Made by a program: the position numbers and the translations under genes | The notes under the pieces: generated by a model | The model's database searches: none | Seen by the model: only the letters and a program-made list of their open reading frames with translations | What the model was told of the DNA's origin: nothing | In this document: one piece after another, positions 23,011 to 33,858 of the stretch | Layout of the letters: each line of letters begins with the position of its first letter | Position numbering within the stretch: the first letter of the stretch is position 1 | Source: Alloascoidea hylecoeti | Lineage: Eukaryota | NCBI GenBank assembly: GCA_001600815.1 | Contig: BCKZ01000042.1 | Location: 1 to 64,000 of the forward strand | Length of the DNA: 64,000 bases | Direction: 5' to 3'

Positions 23011-24891
23011 ATGAAGTTAAAGCTACGACTAGTTTCCAAGGTAGAGGTCATCGAGGTTCCTGATGATTCAACCATCGAAGACTTACTAAAACAAATCTCA
23101 CAGCAGCATTCTGACTACTCCCCTTCCAATCTTGATATAAGGGTTGGCTTCCCTCCTAAATCCCTCAATTTGGCCAATAAAACTGTCACTTTACAGTCTT
23201 TAAATATAAGAAATAATGAACAGTTGTGGGTTTATAGAAATAGTCTAACTCCAATATCAAGTCCTACACCAAAATTACAAAGAATTTCAAGCCCAACAGG
23301 AGTTTCTCGGCCTAAAAGTCCGTATGAAAATGGTCCATATTCTTTTTATACAGTAAATTCTGCTGCATTCCAGAGTTTACGGATGGATGGTGCTTTATTC
23401 GCCGCCTCGTGTCCCAATTTAGCTGACATGTCGCCAACACCAACCAGACCCGAAATTTCTTCCCAACTGCAGGGCTCAGGCTCAACTCTCAATCTGACAC
23501 CAAAACGATCAAGAGCTCCCAGAACCTCCGTGGTTCTATCTCCAGCTTCGTCTACAACTTCATCCCCCCCTCAAAGACCTTTGGCAAGAAAATCTCTTTC
23601 TACAAACTCCACTCCTTTGGCAAAAAAGATAAGTGTCAGTCCGTATGAAACTTCACCTGTTCCAAGAACCCCGGACCGAGCTAATTTCAGATCTATAAGT
23701 GACATTGTGACAACACCACCATCAAAGCAACCTGTTGTTAGTATTAGCCCAGGTTCTTCAACTGTTGTTAGATCTCCAATCCCAAAGACTCATGTTTATA
23801 ATCAATCATATTTAAAGTATCAATCAACTACAAATTTACCAGAACTTGTTAGGGCTCCTGGAACTTCAAGTGTTCGTCCATCATCTACAGTTGTTACTAG
23901 TCCTATTCCAAGATCTTCTTTGAGAGTTCATCAATCTACATCAGCTTTACCTGAACTTGTAAAACCTCATGGAACAACTAAAGTGAATTCATTCAATTCA
24001 AAACGTCCACCTGTTGTTAGAAATATTCAAGAAGAAATACGTCCTCCTACTCCTCCATTGAGTCCTGGAAATCATACTATTTATGAATCAAGGAAATCTC
24101 ATTCTCATTCAAGTTCTCATTCACGCTCTCATTCTCACTCTCAATTCCGTAATCAATCATATTCTGAATTATTGGAATCTAAAACAAATTCCAGTTCAAA
24201 ATCAAAATCTACTCCTTCAATACCAAAAGGTGTTAATATTTTAAAAACACCAATGGTTGCTACGGAAAAAAACGGTTACTTGCATCTTCGTGTTCAAAAA
24301 AATGATAATCAATGTATGTTTCGTGCCGTTGGATTTTGTATATTAGGTGATCCTGATAAAATGATGGAATTAAGAGAAATTGTTGCAGATACAATTACAA
24401 AAGATTATATCAATTATAATGATGCAATATTAGGACAAAAAAGAGAAGAATATATTCAATGGATTTTAAAAAGTACAAGTTGGGGAGGAGCAATTGAATT
24501 ACATATCTTATCGAAACATTTTAAAATTACAATTAATTCATTTGATGTATCAACAGGTAGAATTGATCAATTTAATCCAGGACAAGAAAAATTTTGTAAT
24601 ATAATTTATTCTGGTATTCATTATGATACAATTGCTTTATCAACTTTAGGAAATCCAAATAATTATGAACTTGATAAATCATTATTTAATATTAAAGATT
24701 CCAAAATTTCTAAAAATGTTGTTATGAATGCTACTTCTGAACTTGTTAGTCAATTAAAATGTAATCATTTTTATACTAACATAATTGGCTATAAAACTGG
24801 TTGTGATTTATGCGCTGAGAAATTTAGAACAAGTTCTGAAGTTTCTCGTCATATTAGATTAACTGGTCATACAAAATTCAAAGATTATTAG
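23011..24891 (+). CDS. OTU1: Deubiquitinase Otu1 (UBL + OTU + C2H2 finger) with a large S/P/T-rich insertion, 626 aa
   Basis: N-terminal UBL (IRVGFPPK); catalytic DNQCMFRA, WGGAIEL and YSGIHYD; C-terminal CDLC...H....H. Confidence 0.93.
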   Translation: MKLKLRLVSKVEVIEVPDDSTIEDLLKQISQQHSDYSPSNLDIRVGFPPKSLNLANKTVTLQSLNIRNNEQLWVYRNSLTPISSPTPKLQRISSPTGVSRPKSPYENGPYSFYTVNSAAFQSLRMDGALFAASCPNLADMSPTPTRPEISSQLQGSGSTLNLTPKRSRAPRTSVVLSPASSTTSSPPQRPLARKSLSTNSTPLAKKISVSPYETSPVPRTPDRANFRSISDIVTTPPSKQPVVSISPGSSTVVRSPIPKTHVYNQSYLKYQSTTNLPELVRAPGTSSVRPSSTVVTSPIPRSSLRVHQSTSALPELVKPHGTTKVNSFNSKRPPVVRNIQEEIRPPTPPLSPGNHTIYESRKSHSHSSSHSRSHSHSQFRNQSYSELLESKTNSSSKSKSTPSIPKGVNILKTPMVATEKNGYLHLRVQKNDNQCMFRAVGFCILGDPDKMMELREIVADTITKDYINYNDAILGQKREEYIQWILKSTSWGGAIELHILSKHFKITINSFDVSTGRIDQFNPGQEKFCNIIYSGIHYDTIALSTLGNPNNYELDKSLFNIKDSKISKNVVMNATSELVSQLKCNHFYTNIIGYKTGCDLCAEKFRTSSEVSRHIRLTGHTKFKDY

Positions 24892-26261
24892 AAATTTGAA
24901 GTTAAAATTGAAATTTGTATTGTTTTAGAATTGAAATTGGAATCGAAAAATTTTATTATTAAAATATTATAAAATTTTTTACTCTATTTTAACTTTTACG
25001 GTACATTTTTTTGTGATCAACAGTATCTATGCAATATTAAATTCAAGAGTTGTATTTTTACTAAACAAATAATAATAATACTCAAAAAAGAATAAAAATT
25101 ACTAAAAAAATCAAAAAAATTTAAAAATAAACTTCAACATTATAAATTATCTTCAATAAAAAATACTGGGCGATTAAACCCTTTATACTTCATATTGTTA
25201 ATAATTTATGAAAAGTTGATTTACCCCACCATAGATTTCATTTCATTTAACATATTTTTGTTATTTTATTACAATTACTCAGGCAATGTTTTATATGCAT
25301 ATAAAGTTTCCACACTATTGCTTTACACTTATAATTATTTTTCACGTTATTATATTATACTACTTCGTTTTATTTCGTTTTTTGTTATTTTTCATTTCAT
25401 TTCATAACATCATTTTTTCACATATAATTAACTTATCATTATTATCATTTCACTTAATTGTTGTTGCAGTTGCAATTGTGTCTTACTTTTTTAATTAATC
25501 CAATATGTTGTCCTTATCACTTTTTTACAAACAAAAAAGTATTGAAAAACTGGACAAAACATAACAAATCATAATTTATTATTATTATCCTTGTTAATAT
25601 TATACTCAGAGATATATGTCATTTATTACCTGAGTTTTTACCACCACCATATGCATTTCTTTCACAATTTTATCATGTTTATATTATATCAATAATCTTC
25701 TCTTTTATTCCCACACCTAATCTAATTTTACAAATATCTATATTCAATTTGATTTGAATTTTTCGAATGTTTGTATTTTTTTAACTTAAAGTTGATTTGA
25801 TTTTAGATTGTATTTATTGTACCATTTCATATTATTAACCAATTATTATTATTTATTTATTTATTTCATGTTATTATTATCTTATAAATCACCAATTATT
25901 CCTAATATCATTATCATTATTGTTATCATTATATATATGTTCTTTTCTTTCTGTGTTTTCTTTATATTAATGTTTGAGTCTTATACTGATCATCAATTAA
26001 CATTTCAATTGGATTCCAAAAAAGGTAATACTAATTCACATATTATTGTTTTATTTTTGATCTTATTTTTTACAAAACTTGCAGTTGATATATTAATTGA
26101 AAATTGATCATAAATAAACGGCTCTTTACAGATTTTTTTATATAAATATATAACACAAACTTATTTAATTAATTAAATTTACTTCTTGCTTTCTTTTTCT
26201 TTTAAATAATTTATGACGAAAATCTTTCGTAAGCATCATGTAATCAGTGATAATGAATATA

Positions 26262-26277
26262 TAGGGCTAAACCCTTA
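26262..26277. promoter_or_regulatory. Tbf1-like inverted TAGGG/CCCT(T)A element upstream of RPL10
   Basis: TAGGGCTAAACCCTTA. It resembles the TTAGGG-N-CCCTAA element of ribosomal-protein promoters in Candida-type yeasts. Confidence 0.5.
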
Positions 26278-26373
26278 TATGTTCCACATCCAGACAACCC
26301 GGTCATTTTTTCCAAAGCATATTAAGAATACACCTCCCTCACAAACATATTACCAATCAACCAACAAGAAAAT

Positions 26374-26655
26374 GTAAGTCAATATTGAAATCTTCAACAA
26401 AGCAGGACACAGAAAGGAGGGGAGGGGTTTTCAAATAATTATTGCTACAAATGGAAAGCATTTTCATTTTTTTTTTTATTTTCAGACGGAAAGGGAAACT
26501 ATTATGATGGTTTATGTGCTTTTAAGCTTGTCTTTATAGCATTAGTAATCATCATTTGTAAGCAGACCACCATTTATATAAAACGAAACCTTTTCTCCAA
26601 TTTCATTTTCTCCTTCGTTTTTATTTTCTTTTTTCTTTACTTACAAATATATTAG
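26374..26655 (+). other. RPL10 5'UTR intron
   Basis: GTAAGT donor at 26374, long pyrimidine tract, variant branch TACTTAC at 26638-26644, TAG at 26653-26655, ending 8 nt before the ATG. Confidence 0.75.
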
Positions 26656-26663
26656 TTTGAAAA

Positions 26664-27326
26664 ATGGCTCGTCGTCCAGCTAGATGCTACAGATACTGCA
26701 AGAACAAGCCGTTCCCAAAATCTAGATACAACAGAGGTGTCCCAGATGCTAAGATCAGAATTTACGATTTAGGTAGAAAGAAGGCTACTGTTGATGAGTT
26801 CCCACTTTGTGTCCATCTCGTTTCAAATGAATTAGAACAACTTACTTCCGAAGCTCTTGAAGCTGCTCGTATCTGTGCCAACAAATACTTCACCAAAGTC
26901 TCTGGAAGAGATTCTTTCCATTTACGTGTTAGAGCTCATCCTTTCCATGTTTTACGTATCAACAAGATGTTGTCATGTGCCGGTGCCGATAGATTGCAAC
27001 AAGGTATGAGAGGTGCTTGGGGTAAACCACAAGGTCTCGCAGCCCGTGTTAACATTGGACAAATTATTTTATCTGTCAGAACTAAAGATGTTAATAAAGC
27101 TGTTGCCATTGAAGCATTAAGAAGATCTAGATACAAATTCCCAGGTCAACAAAAAATCATTATTTCTAAGAAATGGGGTTTCACAAGTTTAGATAGACCT
27201 GACTATATTGTTAAGAGAGATGCTGGTGAGATTAAAGATGATGGTTCATTTGTTAAATTTTTAAGCAGAAAGGGTAATTTAGAAGAAAACTTTAAGTCTT
27301 TCCCAGAATATTTCGCTGGTATTTAA
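26664..27326 (+). CDS. RPL10: 60S ribosomal protein L10 (uL16), 220 aa
   Basis: [50 protein letters not shown]. Confidence 0.99.
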   Translation: MARRPARCYRYCKNKPFPKSRYNRGVPDAKIRIYDLGRKKATVDEFPLCVHLVSNELEQLTSEALEAARICANKYFTKVSGRDSFHLRVRAHPFHVLRINKMLSCAGADRLQQGMRGAWGKPQGLAARVNIGQIILSVRTKDVNKAVAIEALRRSRYKFPGQQKIIISKKWGFTSLDRPDYIVKRDAGEIKDDGSFVKFLSRKGNLEENFKSFPEYFAGI

Positions 27327-27569
27327 ATAAAATTAAAGAAATAGATTAGGACTCATAATATAATTTTCTCATGCTTATACTTATACAAATGTATTTAGAT
27401 TAAATTAGATCAAAATTGTATCTTGATCATGATTCATATTTGAAAGTAAAATAATGTCTTAAAATGTTAATGATAATGATAACACCCATCCATCCAAATA
27501 TGATCATTAATTGACACGTTCAAATTATCTTTACAAGTATTATCAAACAAACAAACAAACACATTATAA

Positions 27570-28521
27570 ATGGTATTTATTCATTTTTAAAATATAAATT
27601 ATCAAATATCAAATACGTTGATATCTAATATATTATTTATTCAGAGTTCATTATTTAATCACGGAGTTCGACAATCACAATTATTAAAAAAAGACCTGGA
27701 TCAATTTGAGGTTTCACCAGGAACATCTCCTCTATCAATACAAGGTACTACCAATTTTTATATTATATTTGATTTAACATAACAGATATATTAATGTATT
27801 ATATTGATAGGTCAAATTTCAGCTACATTAACGTCATTCTCACGGACGATTGAAGATTACAATCAACTTACTCAAAAAGAAATTGTACCAGAAAAGAAGG
27901 AAAAAGCAGAACATCGAGTTATTAAATTTAAAAATGAATTAAGGGAGGCAAAAGAAAGATTTCAAGCTTTAAAACTACGAAGAGAAGAAGAGGTATGAAA
28001 GCACAACTATTTTAATAATTATTGATCATACTACTAACAGTTATTGATAGTTACAAGCAACAAATAGATCAGAACTGTTAGGTGGCAGGGGAACATCAAC
28101 ACCAGCCAATCCGTATGATCTATCTCATACAACTCATAGAACTGGATATGCACGACGAAATCAGAACTCAAATCCTGAAAGGGAAGCATTATTTGAAGGT
28201 AGAGGTGGGAATCCTTCTCTCCGAGATTCATTAAGTAGAAATGAAGGTATGATGAGAGAAAGTGATTTCTTAGCAAGAACAGGTGTCCAATTAGATGAAT
28301 TTATTGAAAGAGGTAGACTTGCATTGGGTGATTTGTCCGAACAAAATGATATCTTAAAAAGATCTGGGGTTAAAGTGATGGGAGTACTTTCAACTTTGGG
28401 TATTTCAAGAGACACAATACGATTAGTACAACGGCGATCAAGTGAAGATAAACTAATCTTTTGGGCTTTAGTAATAACAATGTTTGTTTCTTTTTACTTC
28501 ATTTACAAATGGTTTCACTAA
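27570..28521 (+). CDS. BOS1: ER-Golgi Qb-SNARE Bos1, 4 exons (27570-27572, 27645-27744, 27811-27992, 28051-28521)
   Basis: The spliced product MSSLFNHGVRQSQLLKKDLDQFE...PLSIQGQISATLTSFSRTI...NRSELLG...LDEFIERG..ALGDL.EQ plus a C-terminal TM is in frame. Introns are GT..AG. Confidence 0.92.
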
Positions 28522-28880
28522 CAGGGAAGGACCCCAGGAGTTAATCCAAAACTACAGTTAAAGCATGATGGCCAATAATAGGCTCAGATGAATAGTTGTT
28601 TAATAGTTAATACCCAAGCCTACTATTTACTGTTTCTTTACCGGTCTATATGCAGATCTAGAATCCTCTTATAATTATAATTATGCAACAACTTCTATAA
28701 TATAACTTGTAATTGAATGTTCGGGCGAAAAGTATTTATCAGTCTTATAATATATCGTGTTAATGTTGGAATTATAAATATTATATATTCAACAAAAATT
28801 CCTCGATTTCTTCTTTTTAGACTTATTCCTCGTCTTGTCCTCTTTATAAAGTCACTCTTTTAACTTAATTAATCATAAAT

Positions 28881-29744
28881 ATGAAACTCTCTGCTATTAG
28901 TCTTCTCTCTTTGGCTGCTGTTGGAGCCACTTTTGCTTTCCCTATGCCCCATTCCCATAATGTTCATAAAAGGGATACCTCCTCATCTTTCACATACACA
29001 GGTATTACATACTCTCCTTATTCATCTACAGGTGAATGTAAATCTGCTGATGATGTTGCTTCTGATATGGCCAAGTTGACCGATTATGAAACTATTCGTC
29101 TTTATAATGTTGACTGTTCTGGTGTTGAAAATGTCGTTGCTAATCTTGTTGATGGTCAAAAGATCTTTGCTGGTATTTATAGTTTATCCTCAGTTGCAAC
29201 AGATATTAAAACATTATTTACTGCTTTAGGTTCAATTTGGGATCGTGTTGAAACTATTTCTATTGGTAATGAACTTGTTAATTCTGGTTCTGCTACAGTA
29301 TTTGAAATTGCAGCAGCAGTTAAAATTGCTCGTACAACTCTTGAAGCATTAGGATTCTCTGGAAACGTTGTATCTGTTGATACATTTAATGCAATTGAAA
29401 CTAACCCAGATCTTTGTAACGTCTCTGATATCATTGCTATTAACGCACATGCTTACTTTGATGGTACTATTGAAGCAAGTGATGCTGGTTCATGGGTATT
29501 AAGCACCATTGAAGCTGTTTCTGCTACATGTGGTGGAAAGACAACATTTGTTACTGAATCAGGATGGCCTACTCAAGGTAATACTAATGGTGTTGCTGTT
29601 CCTTCTATTGAAAATCAAAAACTTGCCCTAAGTTCAATTAATTCAACTTGCGGTAGTGATGTTCTTTTGTTTACTGCTTTTAATGATTATTGGAAAGATG
29701 ATGGTTCTTATGGTGTTGAGAAATACTGGGGTATCTTAGACTAA
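28881..29744 (+). CDS. Secreted GH17 cell-wall glucanase/transglucosylase, Scw4/Scw10/Mp65 family, 287 aa
   Basis: Signal peptide, His-rich pro-region ending KR, GITYSPY...CKS, IRLY.VDC, SIGNE, TESGWP, AFNDYWK..G.YGVEKYWGI. Confidence 0.93.
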   Translation: MKLSAISLLSLAAVGATFAFPMPHSHNVHKRDTSSSFTYTGITYSPYSSTGECKSADDVASDMAKLTDYETIRLYNVDCSGVENVVANLVDGQKIFAGIYSLSSVATDIKTLFTALGSIWDRVETISIGNELVNSGSATVFEIAAAVKIARTTLEALGFSGNVVSVDTFNAIETNPDLCNVSDIIAINAHAYFDGTIEASDAGSWVLSTIEAVSATCGGKTTFVTESGWPTQGNTNGVAVPSIENQKLALSSINSTCGSDVLLFTAFNDYWKDDGSYGVEKYWGILD

Positions 29745-30493
29745 GTTTAAATTTAAATTTCATTGTAATTTAATTAACTTTTCAATCTTACCCTTTTGGT
29801 TTTTCTTTTTTCAATCTTCAATCTCTATATAAACTATTAGGTATTAGTTGAAATATATATTGTTGAAGTGACTCTAGAAATAAGTTAGAGTAACCAACTT
29901 TTTGCAATTGTCATATTTCCAAATTTATGATCCTGCATTGTAACCTGCATTATAATTATAGCATGATCCATAAAACAGAATGCAAATATGCTTGTATTGT
30001 CTCTCCTTTAATATGGTCTCAAAGCTTGACAGAAGCTTATCGTAGTAGAAAATTATAACTGTAAAGCTTCGCCTTATGTTCGTAGTTATCGTTTATATTT
30101 TTACATCTCATTAATATGTTTTTAGTGTATTCATACGTTCTAAAATTGGATTCTGTATTTGTACACAAACAAACTGCAACAAACCGAAAATACTAAATAT
30201 AGCGTAGCTATAATCAGCGCTAATATTTTTGACTGTGGATTATATTCTGTTTAAGACTCAGGAAATTTTAGAATAACATAATTGTGTGAAATTTATAGAA
30301 TAAAAAAATATGATATGCGAAATGATATTTGATATGATAATTATAATTTAATTACATAAAATACTCAATAACGTTAACATAATGAATTTTTTTCCGAGAG
30401 ATAATTTAAAATTAGCAAATGACATCAAATCAGATGTTATATTAATATTTAGCTAGTGGGTCTTTTTTAATCAGCCTTATACTCCGATACTGA

Positions 30494-33314
30494 TCAATTA
30501 TGGATTTTTCGCCGTTTATTTTCTAAATACCATGATACATATTTAACACTATGACCTATTGAAGGTATACCAGCTATCCCACCATTTTGATTTTTCTCAA
30601 GATAAGAATCATCATCATCATCATCATCATCTTCAATAGATTTATCATTTTCTCTGGGATTTCCACTTCCATTAACATTTCCATTTCTTGATGATTTCCT
30701 TTTTGTTTCTCGTAAACCTAATCCAAGTTTATTAAATACAAAAGCTTGAGAATCTTGTATTCTGGTTGGAATATAAACAGGTGGACTATTCATCCATAAC
30801 ATTTGTCCTCTACCTCTTTGTGAAATTGCATTATAATCACTAGCTAATGAACTAACTTCATCTCCATTCAAATTTGAGCCTTTTTCTAATCTTAATAATT
30901 CTTCATTTCTATATTCAGAATCATGAAGAATCTGTTGAATTTGATCTGGAATTAGAAAAGTTGTAGGAGGTCCATTGGCCATGTAACCAGTAAACTCAGA
31001 TTTCTGATGCATTGGAGTTGTTAATGATTGAGGTTGTTGGAAAACCAATGAAGGTTGATGAGAAATAAATTTATTAGCACCTAGAGAAGATAATGGATTA
31101 TATTGATTCAACAGAGGAGAATTGACCTGTTTAGAACTTGGAGTTCGTGGTACTGCACTGTTTGATTGACCATAATTATTATATCCAGGTGTACCCAAAG
31201 GTGTAGCGCTAAGCGGTGTCATCTTTTGGGACTGATGATGTTGATGATGAGGTTGTGGTAACTTTGCAGGAGTAGAAGCTCCTGATGGTGCGATTGTTAA
31301 ATGTGGAATAGCACGACTACTGGCTATAATTTGTGCGGCGATATCCGGAGGAGTTGGATGCTCTGGTGGATTATTTGGATCATAAGGTCTTCTATATACC
31401 CCTCCCCTAATTGGTGGGGCATTCGGTGCTCCTAATTGAGGCTCAGGAATTGGCATATCTTCTCTTGAATTTGGGGTAAGCATATTTTTTAATGGTGATT
31501 CAACTCGTCGTAAAGGTATAGGTCGTTCAAAATAAACCATTGGATAATCTGTTGATCTAACTTCATCAGGTAAACAAGCTTTCCAAGTTCTAATTCTATT
31601 AAACATTTTTTCATTTTCATTATAACGAGATTCACAACAATAAACTCTTTTACCATCTTCAAAACCAATTGGTCTACCTCTTTGATATTTTGTAAAAAAC
31701 ATAACAAAACATTTTTCAATAACTTCATCAACTAAATGATCACTATATTGACCAGATTTAACAACTTCATTTTCATAAAAACATTTATCAATACGATGAA
31801 CAGTTTGTTCAGGTCTATAATACCAACATGAATTAATCCATTTCTGACCATCAGGTGTTTGCCAAATCCTAAATATTTGTCCAACTGTTGGTTTTGCAGG
31901 ATCATTTGGATTATTAATATGAACCCAATCACCAACTTTATAAATAGTTCCTTTTTTTTCAAATTGATCTAATGGTATTTTACCATTTTTTAATTCATCT
32001 TCATCTTGATAAGCAGAATCTAATTTTTTCATTTCAGTTGAATGAATTTTTATTAAATTTCCTTGTAATGCAACAGAATCTTTATAAATTAATGATTCAT
32101 CAGTATTAAATAATCTTGCATTATCAAACATAAGATTCATATCTTTCATAAATTCTTCCACATTATGATATAAACGTCTTTTAATTTTTTTACGAATTGA
32201 ATCAATTGCAACAGGGGTTTGAATTTCTTGATAATAATGAGGATATACTTTTGGATCAGGTAATTTATCAAAGGCAATACAAAGTGATCTTCCACTTGAA
32301 TCTTTAGTTTTACGTAAAGTTCTTAAAATTGCTTTAATTCTTGATTCATATGGTTTATCAACAATTGGAGGTCGGCCACGTTTAACCCGTTTATTTTCAG
32401 TATTATGACCACCATGTGTAGTTGCAACTACTGATGTTTCTCTGCGTCGACTTGATCTTCGTCCTCTTCGTGTAGCAGTTTCCTCATATTCATCATCTTC
32501 TGGTTCATCATCTTCATCTTCATTATAATCTTTTTCACTATCATTCTCATCATTTTCATCTTCTGGATCTTCTATTTCAATTTCAGGTAAGGGCCCTAGA
32601 TCTGGGTACTGTATATCACTTTTATTTATACTTGAATCTTCAGATAATGTAGGGAGGACTTTTTCATGAATGTATTGATCCAAAATTAAAGCGTGTGTAT
32701 AAATCCAACTATCTTTTCTATTATATGATCTTGCATTCCAAGTGATTTGAACCAAGTCGCGAATAAATTGACTAACATTGGAATATTTCATACCAGTTAT
32801 ATTTACCTATAAAATATAAAATATTAGTTAATATTTTTAGAGAAGTGTATGATTTTATATCTTTTTTTCACTTTTTTTGAACATACCTTTATCATATATA
32901 GTGAAAAGGGGCGCTTTATTGATCTATAGTAATCAAGTAATCGTCTATCCGGGAGAGTTTGAAAAACTTCGGAGATCTTGATATTACTAGAATTGAACCA
33001 TTAGTACAATTGAAATAACAAACTCTAAAGATGATAAAATGAATATAATACCTTTCATCTACTAAATCATAAATCCCATCAAACAATGGTTTTATCTTTG
33101 AAGAAACGGCTTGTTTTTCTGGGGAAGCAGATGTACCGTCTTTACTTGCACGGCGCGCATTATGTTCCGTTTGATGGTTGTCTGCGGCTCGTGTATGTCT
33201 CGAAATCGCCGTTTTTTCTTTAAAATGATCTTCTACCGCTGTTTCATCAACTATCTTATTCTTATCTTCTGACTCGTGAGTCGCGTCGGGTGTATTAATA
33301 TCATGTTCACTCAT
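30494..33314 (-). CDS. RSC1/RSC2: RSC subunit Rsc1/Rsc2 (two bromodomains, AT-hook, BAH), 3 exons (33314-33052, 32986-32887, 32806-30494)
   Basis: Splicing restores bromodomain 1 (EVFQTLPDRR..DYYRSIKRPFSL). Also KRGRPP AT-hook, BAH domain (CWYYRPEQTVH) and C-terminal GHSVKY. Intron signals are in phase. Confidence 0.93.
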
Positions 33315-33376
33315 TGTTTAGTCTATCAATCCAGAAAATCCTTTGAGTACTGTGGAAATATTACTAAATTTGGGGT

Positions 33377-33534
33377 TCACGTGTTGATAAAAAACAAATG
33401 AAGGATTAGGATATTTATTGTTGATATGCTTTGCTATGTATTTCCAATATTAATGGCAATGGGGTCCCTTCACAGACGTACAGACGTAAAGTGAGGTGAA
33501 AAGCAAAAACACGTGTCATGTGGAAACCACGTGA
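33377..33534. promoter_or_regulatory. Cluster of CACGTG E-boxes (Cbf1-like) upstream of RSC1/2
   Basis: TCACGTG near 33377, CACGTG near 33510, CACGTGA near 33528. Confidence 0.45.
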
Positions 33535-33858
33535 TCCACATTTATCCGTCCAAACCTTCTCCAACTGTCGTCTTGAAGCCCCCTTTTGCCTGTGGTAGTC
33601 GCTTGTACTAGGGCGCCCCGTGAATTTTAAGGGATCTGGTGGGTGTATTGTGGATCTTGAACAGAAAATGAAAATTGCAAAAAGAAAAAGCACCTTGGTG
33701 ATCTCTAGCATACTAGTTTAATTTAAATTCACAAACACATAAATATAACGAAAATGAAAATTCCATACACAAGAGAAATCAAGTTTTTTTATTTTTATTT
33801 AACATAAATATATCATTTCCATTAATTCAATTATCCTATAACACTTTTCAACTTTTTT

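Noticed and set aside
25640..25650. ACCACCACC complementary to 18S rRNA (C/D guide?)
   Set aside because: Only 9 nt, with no adjacent D box or upstream C box.
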